NCBI GenBank assembly: GCA_951406725.2
Contig: OX597816.1
Coordinates: 76,384,001-76,448,000 of the forward strand
Reading direction: 5' to 3'
Source of the DNA: Octopus vulgaris
Taxonomy: Eukaryota
DNA: 64,000 nucleotides
Made by a program: the position numbers and the translations under genes. Position 1 is the first letter of the stretch. Every line of letters starts with the position of its first letter. The notes under the pieces are model-generated. The model worked only from the letters and a program-made list of their open reading frames with translations. It ran no database searches and had not been told where the DNA came from. Shown piece by piece: positions 13,934 through 27,700 of the stretch.

Positions 13934-14028
13934 CCTTTATTCTCGACATATGTTTCGAAGGCTGCATATTCCTAATTCCGAAGGAATAAGGAGTACATTA
14001 TGCAGATTTCTCATCAGGAAAATCAAGG
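13934..14028 (-). ncRNA. Type-I hammerhead ribozyme (inverted pLTR copy)
   Basis: Reverse complement of 14956-15050, with TCATCAG at 14011-14017. Confidence 0.8.
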
Positions 14029-14059
14029 AACTTATGTCGACATCAAAATGCACAAAAAT

Positions 14060-14402
14060 CTCTTCTGGAACCGATGTCTACTTCTACATTGGCGCAACCT
14101 CTTCTAAATTAGCCCAAAGGATCTCCAACCATTATTCCACTTTCAGAGATAAGAGAAAGCAACACAGCACGGGGCTAAGCAAATTAGTCTGGCGTCTGAA
14201 GAACAATAACACTACGTACAAGCTCGAATGGTCCATTTTATCGGTGTCCTTCCCGTTTGATAAAGGCAGAAAATTTTGTGGCATCTGTAATTCCGAACTT
14301 TTTCATATTTTGTTCGACAAAGTCCCTTTAATAAATACAATCGTCGAAAGATCCTACAGGTGTTTACACTGGAAAAGACACACCTTTCACTCATATAAAT
14401 AG
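14060..14402 (+). pseudogene. Penelope-type GIY-YIG endonuclease fragment
   Basis: YIG motif, conserved R..H and CxxC..E. The first ~37 aa of the listed ORF derive from the inverted pLTR. Confidence 0.85.
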
Positions 14403-14955
14403 TGACTAATATAGATAACCCCTCGATTTCCCAAAACATTTTTGCTATATTTCACCCCAATAGTCAAAAAGATTTTCTTATATTCCCAATTACTACTATC
14501 CATTCTTGCGTTGCCTCTCACCTCGCCCGATTCTTTCTCCCTTTCGTTATCTACTTTCTTTTCTCTACAGTAAACATAATCGAACACACAGACACAGACC
14601 TCTCACCTCACAGCTGTCAGTTTTCTGACATCTACCCATCCACAAACACAATCACGCATTCAGACACACACATACACACATTAAGACAGTTATATACAGT
14701 CACACACACAGACACTCATTCATAAAAGAAATCATTTAAACCCACCATTCTTTTGACCTGCACTCTCTCACCTTACTATTCTTATGCCTCCCTCCTCCTA
14801 CTTCGTTTGAACCCTTGAACCTTTAGAACCTTCTAGATTCTTCTACATTCAGCCACTCTGACGTCACTTCTTATAAAGAGACACTCATTATCGCCATGGG
14901 CTCCTTGAGAGCGGTCAGCTAAAATTTTTTGTGCATTTTGATGTCGACATAAGTT

Positions 14956-15050
14956 CCTTGATTTTCCTGATGAGAAATCTGCATAATGTAATCCTTATTC
15001 CTTCGGAATTAGGAATATGCAGCCTTCGAAACATATGTCGAGAATAAAGG
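14956..15050 (+). ncRNA. Type-I hammerhead ribozyme in PLE pseudo-LTR
   Basis: Stem I ccttgattttc/gagaataaagg; CUGAUGA 14967-14973; long stem II (gaa/ttc, ctgcata/tatgcag, attcc/ggaat); GAAA 15028-15031; palindromic stem III ACAUAUGU; GUC site ending at 15039. Confidence 0.85.
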
Positions 15051-15097
15051 ATATTTGTTAACTAGTCGTTCAACTCAAATTCTTTCATATACTTATA

Positions 15098-15172
<75 letters not shown>

Positions 15173-15249
15173 TTATTAGTTATTATTTAATTGAACGCGA
15201 AGTCATTCAAATCAGGATTCGGACTGCTGTTCTCACTGGAATTAATTGA

Positions 15250-17020
15250 GGAAGATTTTGGGTCATATATCTCCTTAACATAAGAGTACAAACACTTGGC
15301 ATAATTTTTATCATAATTTCTTGTGCCCCTCTTGCTGTATGATTCCACTATTCCTGTTTAATTTTCCTCAGAGCAGTCTGCACTTGCCTTTTCAGCTTTC
15401 TGTAAGTTTCGTTTGAGTTGGGGTTCAAGGACTGAGAAAGATGTGTATTGCCTCAGTTTTGTTTTTCTAAAAGTAGATCATGAATTTCTGCTGATCTATC
15501 TGAGAACCAGTCACTGGATTTATGAGATTTAAATCCCACTGACGAACTTGCAGCCTGAAATACTTTTGTTTTGAAATCTTCCTATAGATTGTTTGGGTAA
15601 AGATTGATACTTTCTATAGCATTGTGGAATCTTTGCAAGTTGTTTGATAATTTAAAGTTTGCATCATTTAAATTTTGGGGCACCTTTGGAACAGATCGTT
15701 GACTTTTAGGCATTATCGAGAAATCTATTTTTCCACGCACGAGGTCAGTTCAGCTCTTTGCCCCTCTCATGACCCGAATGCTAGAAACGTCTTTCATATC
15801 ACGTTTCCTGATCAGAATATAATCCATGAGATGCCAGTGCTTAGATCTCGGGATCATCCAGCTGGTTTTATATTTATTCTTCTGCTTAAACAGAGTGCTG
15901 ATGGCAACCAGATTATTCTCAGTACAAAACGTCAAAAGAGCTATTCCATTTTCATTGCATTTTCCAATCTCATGTCAACCTAAAGTAGGCCATCAAATAT
16001 AGTTCTTTCCAAAGTTTGCATTGAAATCTTCCAATATGACAAGCTTCTCAGAAATTGGTACTTTCCTCAATAATCGTGCTAGATCATCATAAAACTGTCC
16101 TACAGTTTCATTGGAATGGGACATTGTTGGTGCATAAATACTGACAACAGTAAGAGACCTACCTTTTTTCAGTTTAATACGGCATGACATGATCCATTCA
16201 GATATACCACTTGGAAGCTCTGCAATGGAGGATACTTATGTATTGAGAGCAAACCCAACATCAGATTCTCTACGCTGACTAGTAGGCCTCTCCAAAAGAT
16301 AGTATATCCATAAATAGGTTCAGTTGCTTGACCCTCACCAGAGAGACGAGTTTCAAAGAGTGCAACTATATCAAGGGAATATTTCTTAAGCTCACATGCA
16401 ATAAGTGCAGTACACCTTTTTGGCCTCTTGTTGAAATTATCATCAAGAAGTATGCACACATTCCAACAACTGAAATTAAAAGGATGATTATTTTTACTTT
16501 TTCTTGAAGATTGTTTGACTATAGTGCCAGGATGACGACCGGATCCAGCCTGTGATACACCGGGACACCTGTCGAGCCAGACCTGTTCCCCTGACGTTTC
16601 CAAGCCTTTTTTGCTATTTACTGAATTTGTTTGAGACATTTTAGAGTAAGTTAAAAGTGCATTTTTAGGTTTCTACCAACCAACCAATTGAATGATTTTA
16701 CTAAGATTTGGAGCACAGGAAGTACCTGCAAAGATTAATAATTTTCAGTGGGTGTAGCTTGCATTGTACTACCCCAACCTATTGGCCCAATAAGACTTTC
16801 GTCGGTGTGACATGAACATTGACAAAACCAGGAACTTCCAAGGCCTCAGGTTATATTTCGGAAATTTCCTTCTCCTAGGTACATTGCCAACCAAGATTAA
16901 AGAGCTTCTACATGCCCATGAGGTAAGTTGTCCCATTTCAGACACCGAACAGACACTTAGACACGCTATAAGGTGCTCAAATATCACTCCGGTGACCGAC
17001 GCGGAGGAGCTCATTCCTAA
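15250..17020 (-). mobile_element. RTE-clade LINE 5' part (5'UTR + APE endonuclease), decayed
   Basis: CWNVCILLD..RCTALIACELKKYSLDIVALFETRL, VSIYAPTM...FYDDL, LEDFNA and TSWMIPRSKHWHLMDYIL. Confidence 0.88.
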
Positions 17021-17341
17021 AAGAAAAAAAAGAAAGGTACGATATGTAATTTTCAACTGTAAATAAGAATTATATATAAGTATAAAAAAGTAAAAGACAT
17101 ACAATAAATATAAATATATGTATACATAAAATTAAAAATACATATACATATATATATATATATATATACATATAAAAAAATTAAAAGTTACGATGTGTGA
17201 ATAAGAATTACATATAAATAATATTGTATAAAGACAAGTAAAAGATAGGCAATTATAAATATAAAATAATATATATATAAAGTGAAATTATACATATATG
17301 CACATATTTAAAAAAGAAAATGAGGATCTAAATATATTTAC

Positions 17342-17523
17342 AGACATTCTGTTGGATGGCCGTTGACTATTCAGGTCTTATTTTGCATCCCGCAGTTTGT
17401 CCAACAACACCCTCCTTACCAAGGAAGCCTGGTGGGGTTGCCAGTTTAGTCGCCGACGACCCGATCATGCGACTGGCTGTACTAGATTACATGTTACCAG
17501 TAGCACTAAAGAGCGACCTGACC
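17342..17523 (-). mobile_element. Probable LINE (RTE-like) 5'UTR fragment with candidate HDV-like fold
   Basis: GC-rich island beginning GGTCAGG next to a microsatellite, with partial HDV-like pairing (see findings). Confidence 0.4.
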
Positions 17524-17946
17524 CATATATATGCATACATACATGCGTACACATACACACATATATATGTGTGTGTGTATGTGTATGTCTCTATATACGC
17601 ACACATATATACGTATGTGTGCATATGTGCGTGTGCGTGCGTGCATTTATTGTTCAAACATTTGGTTCGGGGAACCAGCGTCAAAAACAACTGGAAAACA
17701 TTTCAAAGTATAATTTATCATCGCCGTACATTGCATTAAAGCGCAGCGTCATATGGTCGGAAGAATTGAAGAAAAACTTGAAGTGCAAAAGATGCAACGA
17801 CACAAAACAATCATACTTTTCTCCCTATGTTTTCTGCAAAGATTGATTTTCATCTCTATGGTGGAACTACTCAATCAAAGCGAAATTGTAGTTCGCGGAC
17901 ACAAAAAACAGCCGACGAAGTCGACTACGATGGATGTATATACGTC

Positions 17947-18021
<75 letters not shown>

Positions 18022-18079
18022 ATGTGTGTGTGCGTGTGTGTGTGTGTAAACGAATACAATTATTCATTTATGTATTTCT

Positions 18080-18437
18080 TTTACCAGTCTCAGTCATTAG
18101 AGTGCGGCCACGCTGGGGCACCGCCTTGAATATTTAGTCTAATCAATCGCCCCCCGTACTTATTTTTTAAACCCTGGAACATATTCTATCGGCCTATATT
18201 GCCATAAGCTAAGTTACGGGGACGTAAACCCACTCACACCGGTTGTCAAGTGGTGATGGTAGGGATAAACAGAAACACACATAGATATATATGCTTCTTC
18301 CAGTTTGCATCTATCAAATCCCCTCACAAGGGTTTGGTGGGCCCGAGGCTATAGTTGACACGCGCCTAAGGTGTCACGCAGTGCGTCTGTATCCAGAACC
18401 ATGTGGTTGGGAACAAGTTTATTACCACAAAGCCACT

Positions 18438-18440
<3 letters not shown>
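18080..18440 (-). mobile_element. tRNA-derived SINE, family 1 (diverged)
   Basis: Homologous to 12490-13190 and 53140-53547. Confidence 0.8.
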
Positions 18441-18475
<35 letters not shown>

Positions 18476-18598
18476 GTACATATCTATCTAGAGGTACGTA
18501 TGCATATATCAATAAACTCAAATGCACGCACGCAGACGCATGCACATACACAAATACACACACACACACATACACACACACGCACACACACACACACA

Positions 18599-18685
<87 letters not shown>

Positions 18686-19364
18686 TCGTCTTCCTGTACA
18701 CCAAACCTTAGTAAAGGCTGTAAGACCTATTTATAAATGTTCTAAAATCTTCACTGTCTTGCTTTTTTATCTCATTCTGAAAAGAAAATGTATATATATA
18801 TATATATATATACACTGTCAGTTCTTTTTATGTCTCATCAATCTTAACAGAGGAGATAGGAAAAACGTTATCTACTTTTTGAAAATCTAGTGTATATTTA
18901 TTTCCACGGTCGCAAGAGGTTTTCAGCACAAGGAGACGAAAAGAAGTTTGTTCCTTTCAAAAGGAGTAATTTATTATGAGCGTTGATGCATTAGGTAAGT
19001 TTTGTAACTTTTACAAATTTTTACGCTTTGACTACGTTAAAGAAAAAGAACCTAGCATGAAAGAAAATTCATTGTTAAATACGATCAATTTAACAAGAAC
19101 TACCGAATCGAATGGTATTGATTCATGTTGATATTCTGTTTGCATTGGTCTAGATCGATAAAATTGATCATGCACACCTATACACAGTACTGCCCGCGCG
19201 TACATTGCACGCACACATACATATATGGATGTATATAGAAATATACATGTGTCTGAGTGTGTGTATGTGTATATATATTTATATGTAATATCTATAGATG
19301 CACGTTATTCTTCTCACAAAATACTTTTACATGTATACATATTTGTCGGGAGATGGAGTGATAG

Positions 19365-19530
19365 AAATATTGGTTTCAAATTTTGGTAATTTCGCGGGAG
19401 GGGATAAGTCGATTACATCGGTCCCAGTGCTTAACTTCTACTTTTTATATCGACCCAGAAAGGATGAAAGGCAAAGTTGGCCTCGGCAGAATTTGAACTC
19501 AGAATATAAAGACAGCCAAAATGCCGCTGG
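19365..19530 (-). mobile_element. tRNA-derived SINE, family 2 fragment
   Basis: cgacccagaaaggatgaaaggcaaagttggcctcggcagaatttgaactcagaa is the reverse complement of the body at 49880-49930. Confidence 0.75.
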
Positions 19531-19554
19531 AGGCCTTCTGACAAATTATCTCTT

Positions 19555-20351
19555 ATTAGAAAGCGAAGCGACCCACGTTACACGACGAAAACAGTGAAGT
19601 ATGGGGGAAAGAGTCTGTTACTTTAGGGATACATAAAAATCGATGATTCAAGTTGATTAAAATTGACGCTAATAGTGTCAAATTCCTCCAGTTGCTGAAG
19701 GACAATTTCATACCAGACTCGGAGGAGGGTGAGATTTTTCAGCATGACGGAGCTCCATGCCACAGATCGCGTGCAACACAACAGAGTCTGGCTGATGAAG
19801 GTGCTAGCGTATTGAATGATTCGGCAGCTCAGAGCGCTGCCTTAAATATCATCGAGCAAATAAGTACAGAATTAAAGAGAAGAGTTCGTCAGAAGAATCC
19901 ACGCAATCTTGAAGAGATGTGTGAGCTCAGCCACAGAGATTGGCATCTCATACCTGTGAAGATGGCGAAGGATTTCCATGCATCTCTTCTCAGGCGCATT
20001 GAAGCAATTATTTAAGCTAAGGGAAGCCACATGGAATATCAACAATGTACAGTTACTTCTTGTAATGAACATTATGTAATAAATTTTCATTATAGATATT
20101 TTTCTGTTTTAGATCAGTATATTTTGATTGGTTTATGTGAGGTGGGCGAAAAACATTTTTTGTGGTCGTCTTGCATTTTCCCCTCTCATTTAGAATGCCT
20201 ACTGCAAAATATAATGATTACGTATGGAAATTACTCCAATAGGGCCAATGTTGCATCTGTAAAAAATTCAATGCGAAACAACCACTTATAATTTGGCAGT
20301 TATTAGAAATTTACAGTAGTTTAAAGTGGTCGAAGACTATACACGGCACTG
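19555..20351 (+). mobile_element. Tc1-family transposon 3' fragment (DD34E-type catalytic region and right end)
   Basis: ORF 19653-20015 reads IFQHDGAPCH...QSAALNIIEQISTELKRRV. The fragment ends ...CACTG|TA at 20347-20353. Confidence 0.8.
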
Positions 20352-20740
20352 TACACATCTTTACCGTTTGTTGCAATTTTAGTCTAGGGCCCTGCTGAAG
20401 TACTGCCTTTACGGATTTTGTAGATCCCATCACCTTAGTAATTATTTTAAGACTGATGTACATTCTGTGAGATAATTTTTGTCGAACCACTAATCATCCC
20501 AGACTAGTTGCTGGTTACGAAGAGGACATCAGCGAATCATAGCCATGTTGCGTTTATAAATGTTACTTGTCAACTGTAGATTATATAACCATTTATGTAT
20601 ACACCTCTGAAATACATACGTATGAAGGATGCTCATACGTGCGCATGTGTGAATAATCGTATCACTTACGTCAATCAATTTCCCAGTACGTATCTTTCTA
20701 TGCAGCTAGATATGTATGTTACGTGTTCGAATTAAGTGTG

Positions 20741-20774
<34 letters not shown>

Positions 20775-21184
20775 TGTATGTATGTATGTATGTATGTATG
20801 TATGTATGTATGTATGTATGTATGTATGTATGTAGGTGTGTGTCTGTGTGTGTGCGTGTGTCTGTCTGTCTGACTGTCTATGTATCTACCTATCTATCTA
20901 TTAACCTACCTATATGTGCGTCTGTGTTTGTTTATGTAATATACATACATACACACACACACACATATTACATGTGTGTGTGCGTGTGTGTCCACGCGCT
21001 CAAACGCGCATACATATTTATCCAGAACTTCGTTACTACCACTTAAATATATATTTTAGGAAGATGAACATGGTAACTGTGTGTTTGCACAACAGTAGAA
21101 ATCATTCATGCACCTCTGTATATATATGCATTTCTGTAAGTCTTTGTGTGTGCGCGTGTGTGTGTGTGTGTGCGCGCGCGTGGC

Positions 21185-21216
<32 letters not shown>

Positions 21217-21315
21217 GTGTGTGTGTGTCGTATACGTGTGTGTGTTCCTTTGTGTATGAGTGTGACAGGAAGTCTATGTACTAAATTGATTCTTTGCAGC
21301 GTTTCTTCTTCCTCA

Positions 21316-21379
<64 letters not shown>

Positions 21380-23152
21380 GCTAAAATTCTCTCTTGTTCA
21401 GTGCAGGGAATTATTCATTTTTTTCTTCTGATTACAGTTATCATGTGTAGAATGTATCTCATTAATATTTCACAGCAACTGTGTAGGCAGATAAGTTATC
21501 AACTTACTGTGTCACTCGACACAATGAGGACGCCTCTTGCAATATTTAGACATAATATGCTAGAGATAGCAACCTATTTTCTTTCAAATAACATTTCTAC
21601 GAAGTGTACGGTTACTCTGTTTTCATAAACAACAGAATGGTTACGGTAGGTTGTTCTCTGATATATCGGAACTGAAATTAGAATAAGGAACAAGATCATC
21701 AAGAGCAGCTAAAATAGTTTTTAAATTCCACCCTGCTTTGTTGAAAAAAAACGGACGCATTGAGTAAAATTTTGCTTTTAAGATAAATAATAGAGTGTTT
21801 AACATAATAGAAGTTTCTTGAAAAAAAGATCATATTTTAACAAATCTACCGTTCCTTTTACGCTTAAACATGAAAAGGAATGATCTTCAGGACCCCTGCT
21901 GGGACCTCCACATAAGTAATTCTGTTACATATTCCATTAGATCCAATATGGTAGATCCGCAGACGTTCTCAAAATTTGGATCTATGATGCGAAATTAAAA
22001 ATATAGAAATCTGAATAAGTCCCTGGCTAGTACTTCCGAACTGATACAATTTAAAATTATAAAATTTAAAGTTAAGGATATTATTCCTCTCTTATACAGT
22101 TTCCAATAGTAACATTATAGCTCGGGTATTAAAATGCAACGCTAATTTAACTTATAACATTCGCGAAAAGTTATCCAAATTCAATGAAGTTTTGTCACCG
22201 TATGTTGTAGATCGGCCTCTTTTTTTCTGGTAAAACAACTTCTCCCCAGATGGGCAAGATTTAATTATCAAGGATAGAGTGGTCCATATTTAACCACTCA
22301 TTGGTTAACGTTTCTTTCAGCACTATAATGGATACAATTTTTGACGATGTTGCATGGAGCCTTTTATCGAGTTGTTACTATACGGGTTATATTGGATTGA
22401 TATCTTGTCTTTGATCCACTTATTTCTGAAGTTTGATCACATGAGTTCTTTCCAAGCATATGTTTACATCGTCTTGAAAAACTTGATCTTCTCATGAATT
22501 TTCACATTAGAATGTATCTAATAAATTCCTTATAAACAGTTAAAATATCTGTGCGCTGCGATATATTTTCTTCTAAAAATTTATGACATTAATAGTTGCT
22601 CGTATTTATCTGTATGTCAACTATGACTGGGCAGCTCTGTGGTCCAGGTGCCATGACTCTCACATTCTATTTCAACCATATATCCATGACTATAATATAT
22701 TTTTCTTTCTATAAAAGTGTGTAAGTTTTAGATGTCCCTTAAAACAAAGCGAAAGTCTCTGCAAGGGCCTACATGGTGTTGATAACACTGTTCTTTAAGA
22801 AATCGTCTTCCAACTGGTCCATTGAACGACGACAAGGGTTTGAATAGCAGCCTTTTCTCGAAACGTAACTGCCTTCTTTGTATGTTTCAATGCATAGAAA
22901 AATGTGTTAGTCTAAACCTAAATGTTTTCAGTTCAATAGACAAATAAAAGCCCCATTTCATGTATGTGGGGCCGTTATAACCAGCGTTTGTCTAATTAAT
23001 CCTACGCTAACATGTACATGTACGCACGTATTCAAGTCCTTTGTATGTATTTATCTTTCTCTCCGTACATCTACACACACATACACATATACACATACAT
23101 ACATACATACATACATACATACATACATACATACATACATACATACATACAA

Positions 23153-24152
<1,000 letters not shown>

Positions 24153-24252
24153 TATATACTTCCATGCATGCAAACATATTTGCATCCATACATACGTACA
24201 TACATATATACGTATACACAAACATACATACGTACAAACAAACATACATACA

Positions 24253-24286
<34 letters not shown>

Positions 24287-24377
24287 CATACATACATATA
24301 TACATATACACAAACATACATACATACATACACCTTCACCCTTGTCCCTTGTGTCAGTATGAAGCAGTTCCGTCTAG

Positions 24378-24449
<72 letters not shown>

Positions 24450-24713
24450 TTGTATGTGTGTGTGTATGCATGTATGTATGTATGCATGTATGTATATATA
24501 TATATATTGATATTTGATATAGCCAATACATACAGCTCCACACTTGATACTTCAGTTGGTCTAACATATATATGTATTTGTATTTGTGTATAATATCTAT
24601 TAGGTTCGAATGAATTGCTTTGAAATTTTATGATGCGATAAACATTTCCAGCAAACTGATGTAATTATTTCTATAATTATTGCCAGTTAACTAGAGCAGA
24701 GTAGCTTTACATT

Positions 24714-24777
24714 ATTTTATGACCTGATGAGTCTACGCTGAAGATGAACATCAGTAAGTAGCGAAACTTCATAAAAT
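24714..24777 (+). ncRNA. Decayed hammerhead motif lacking stem III
   Basis: attttatga(c)-CUGAUGA-G...C-GAAAC-t-tcataaaat; stem I and stem II pairings are present. Confidence 0.5.
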
Positions 24778-27700
24778 TACTTATGGAGCTGCACATAAAA
24801 TATTGGTCAACTAATAATGTACTAAAATGATAATAAAATTCAACTATGAATTACTGAATATTTTTTCTGCTTAATATATATTGAAACATTACCTTAGACA
24901 CAGTTGCAATATTAAGCGTTTTACAACAACGTATTGCATGACAAACATCGCCTTGTCAACTAATTACATGCCAATCATTAATTCCTTCCAAATTATTATC
25001 AACCAGGGAATATTTCTTTGCTATTAGAAATGTTCCTGAAATTACAGCTCAGACTGAGAAAGAGAAAGACACTGAAACGAAAATGAATCTAGTTATACAA
25101 AACGACTTGATGGTCAGATGTTCATATGTAAAAAAAAACTGTTGAGCCATATTGTGATTGGACAGCGCTGGCGCAATGTTAAAAAACAACAATCATTGAA
25201 ATTATATACAAAATTAAATATTAACATCAGCTGATAGAACAGTTTAAGGTAATCTTTAATGTTAGGAGTCATAGGAAAACGTTTGTCTTAGACTTTTGTT
25301 TTAAGTTCATATCACAGAATTACATTTTGATTTAAGTTGATGTGTAATATTACGTGGTGGCCCGTTTATAAATGCAGTTTCTTTGCGTCTCATCATATAT
25401 ATTGTAATATTGATATATGCATATATTTAAAATACTTGTTTAGCGATTAGTTTTGTTGTGTGAAATGCGGTTTAATGCCTGATGGTATAATTACTTTTGA
25501 TTAAAATAAGTCAGGATGAATATCAATAAGAAAATGCAAAGGCAAATTCAAGTTGACCGCACTGAAACATTTATTACCGTGGCTAAATTGAAACAGCAAA
25601 CTGGTAGGACTTTAATAATTGTCAGTACATTACATAGATTTAAACCTTTATAGAATTTGAAGATGAAAGGTTAGAAAAACGTGAAGCATAGCATCAAAGA
25701 TTCTAGTGACAATTCTGTTCAAAACGTTGGAAAAATGCGAAACATAGCGTCAATGATTCTGGTTACAATTCTGTTCTTGCTGAAACTGCAAACTGAAAAC
25801 ACTGCTCTCATTGTCGAAGATCCCAAACTCGCTCATAGAAAACTCACCACCTTAAGGAATTAGCGAGAATAATCACTCCTAAATAGCTAATGTAGGAACG
25901 CTAGGCTTGTCCAACACGTTAAGAGATGGACAATCCAAATAAAACTAAATGGACTGGACCACCATGGGATAAACCAAAAATAGGTAGTAAAAGTAAAACA
26001 AAAACACAATGTGGATAGCTAAAGGTCAAGAGCGATCATTCTTCTACTACAACTTGCTAGACTATTATTTGTGATTTTGTTATTGACAACCTTCTTTCTT
26101 CAGTTGCATCAGAATCTCTATAACAGAGATACACCACCAACTATAAATTGCTATTGGGCATGCAAATTATCCCTTGTTACATATTCTCTCACATTTTCTG
26201 TACAAACAGAAATAGTTCTTTCGCAAACATATAACATAGACTGTGAACTCACTGGATTCTTTCTGACTAAACAGGCTGTCTGAAATTATAACTGAAGTTT
26301 TGACCAATCCATCTCTAATATATAGCTTATAGTTTTGGTAAATCAATGAGGCCACTTCAAAACTAAACCTTAATGTCTAAAGTTGAGCATATCTGCCCCT
26401 TTGTTTCTTTTTATTTGCCGTCATTTCACAAAGTTTTCCTGCGATAGTAAGAGAGGTATAAAGTGTTTCTTTAATAGATTTTTATTTCTAAAGTGTGAAA
26501 TTTGTACTTCTCGATACGACTCACGACACATTGTTGCTTGATTTATTTGCTATTCTGCAAGCATGTAATTTCTTTTCACAGTTCAGAGATCAATTTAAAA
26601 ACACCTAAAATCATTACCAAAATCCTTACTAAAAATATAAAATAAATCATAATAAATCAAGAAAAAAATTATCCTTTCATTAATAATTTTAATTAATTTA
26701 TATGATGCAAAAGGAAATCGAAACATGTATATAAAAATTTGACACAAACACAAAGCATAGCAGAAAAAATACTGTATAATATTTATGAAAAGTCAAATTT
26801 ATAAGATGAAATAGTCTTTTGGTGGTTTCTGACCTGAGGAAGTCTTTTCAAAAAATTATGTTAAGCCATGTGTGCTTCTTTTGCTACATTTTGACAAGTT
26901 ATGGAAATGTGATTTCAATTAATTACACCAATTGTGTGAAAAAATCTGATTCAATTCTAATTTTTGGTTTCCATCCTTCTTAGTATTAATTATTTGCTCT
27001 TGGATTATGAATGAACGGTATTTCATTTCACAATTTTTGTTTTGTAAAGCGCATATTTTTTTACATTTTTTTACATAACATTTATCCTTAAATATGGAAA
27101 ATAACAATAATTCGACAGTTTAAAAATATCTGTCAAGTATCATAGAATAACATCAATTTCTAATCTTAAAATAGATTTGCAAAATTCCTAACCTCTTCTT
27201 CTGAGAAAAATGTTCTAATTTTTGTTTCTACGAATTGTAAGATGATTTTGCCTTGAGATAATCAAAACATTTCTATGAAAATCAGATATTTACGTTTGGC
27301 TTCTCATTGAATTAGAAACCATTTTAAAGAAAATATTTTAAATTAACCTCTTCTTTATATGCACTAAAACCAAAATACTAAAAATAGTATTCATTTTTGA
27401 AACTGCTTTATTTAAATCTATAATTTAAAATATAATTCAATGAGAAATTTTAAAATACTCAATCATATAACATTAAATATATCACCAGAAAATCCAATTA
27501 ATTCTCTTTTATTAAACAAATAAAAATGTAAAATTTAAATGTTTTCAAATGTTTCAATAAATAAAATGTAAATATATATAAACATAAGTTATATGATAAA
27601 CATTGTTTATATAAAATGCTAATTGGTGCATATCACCAATTGGAGTAGAGAGATTCGGATGAATTATCTCCACTATCAATACTTTACCATTCGCATCATT

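Larger units (their letters stand above)
13883..15102 (+). mobile_element. 5'-truncated Penelope-like element: GIY-YIG endonuclease C-terminus, 3' pseudo-LTR, and an inverted pLTR copy at the 5' end
   Basis: ORF 13950-14402 contains FYIGATSSKLAQRISNHYSTF...STGLSKLVWRLK...LEWSIL...CGICNSE. 13883-14058 is an inverted copy of 14926-15102. The 3' end abuts (TA)n. Confidence 0.9.

Noticed and set aside
15001-15006. Apparent cUUCGg tetraloop in hammerhead stem II
   Set aside because: The flanks pair better as attcc-ttc-ggaat; the UUCG register has an adjacent mismatch.
16925-17015. Possible HDV-like ribozyme at the 5' end of the RTE element (uccuccgc loop-like sequence on the minus strand)
   Set aside because: The 5' strands of P1 and P2 were not found, so a full fold cannot be supported.
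17690-17850. Cys-rich peptide KCKRC...FCKD resembling a piggyBac C-terminal domain
   Set aside because: Too short and degenerate, with no TIR or TTAA evidence.
21850-22880. Possible highly decayed Helitron Rep or other TE coding remnant on the minus strand
   Set aside because: Only faint motif resemblance; needs a translated profile search.
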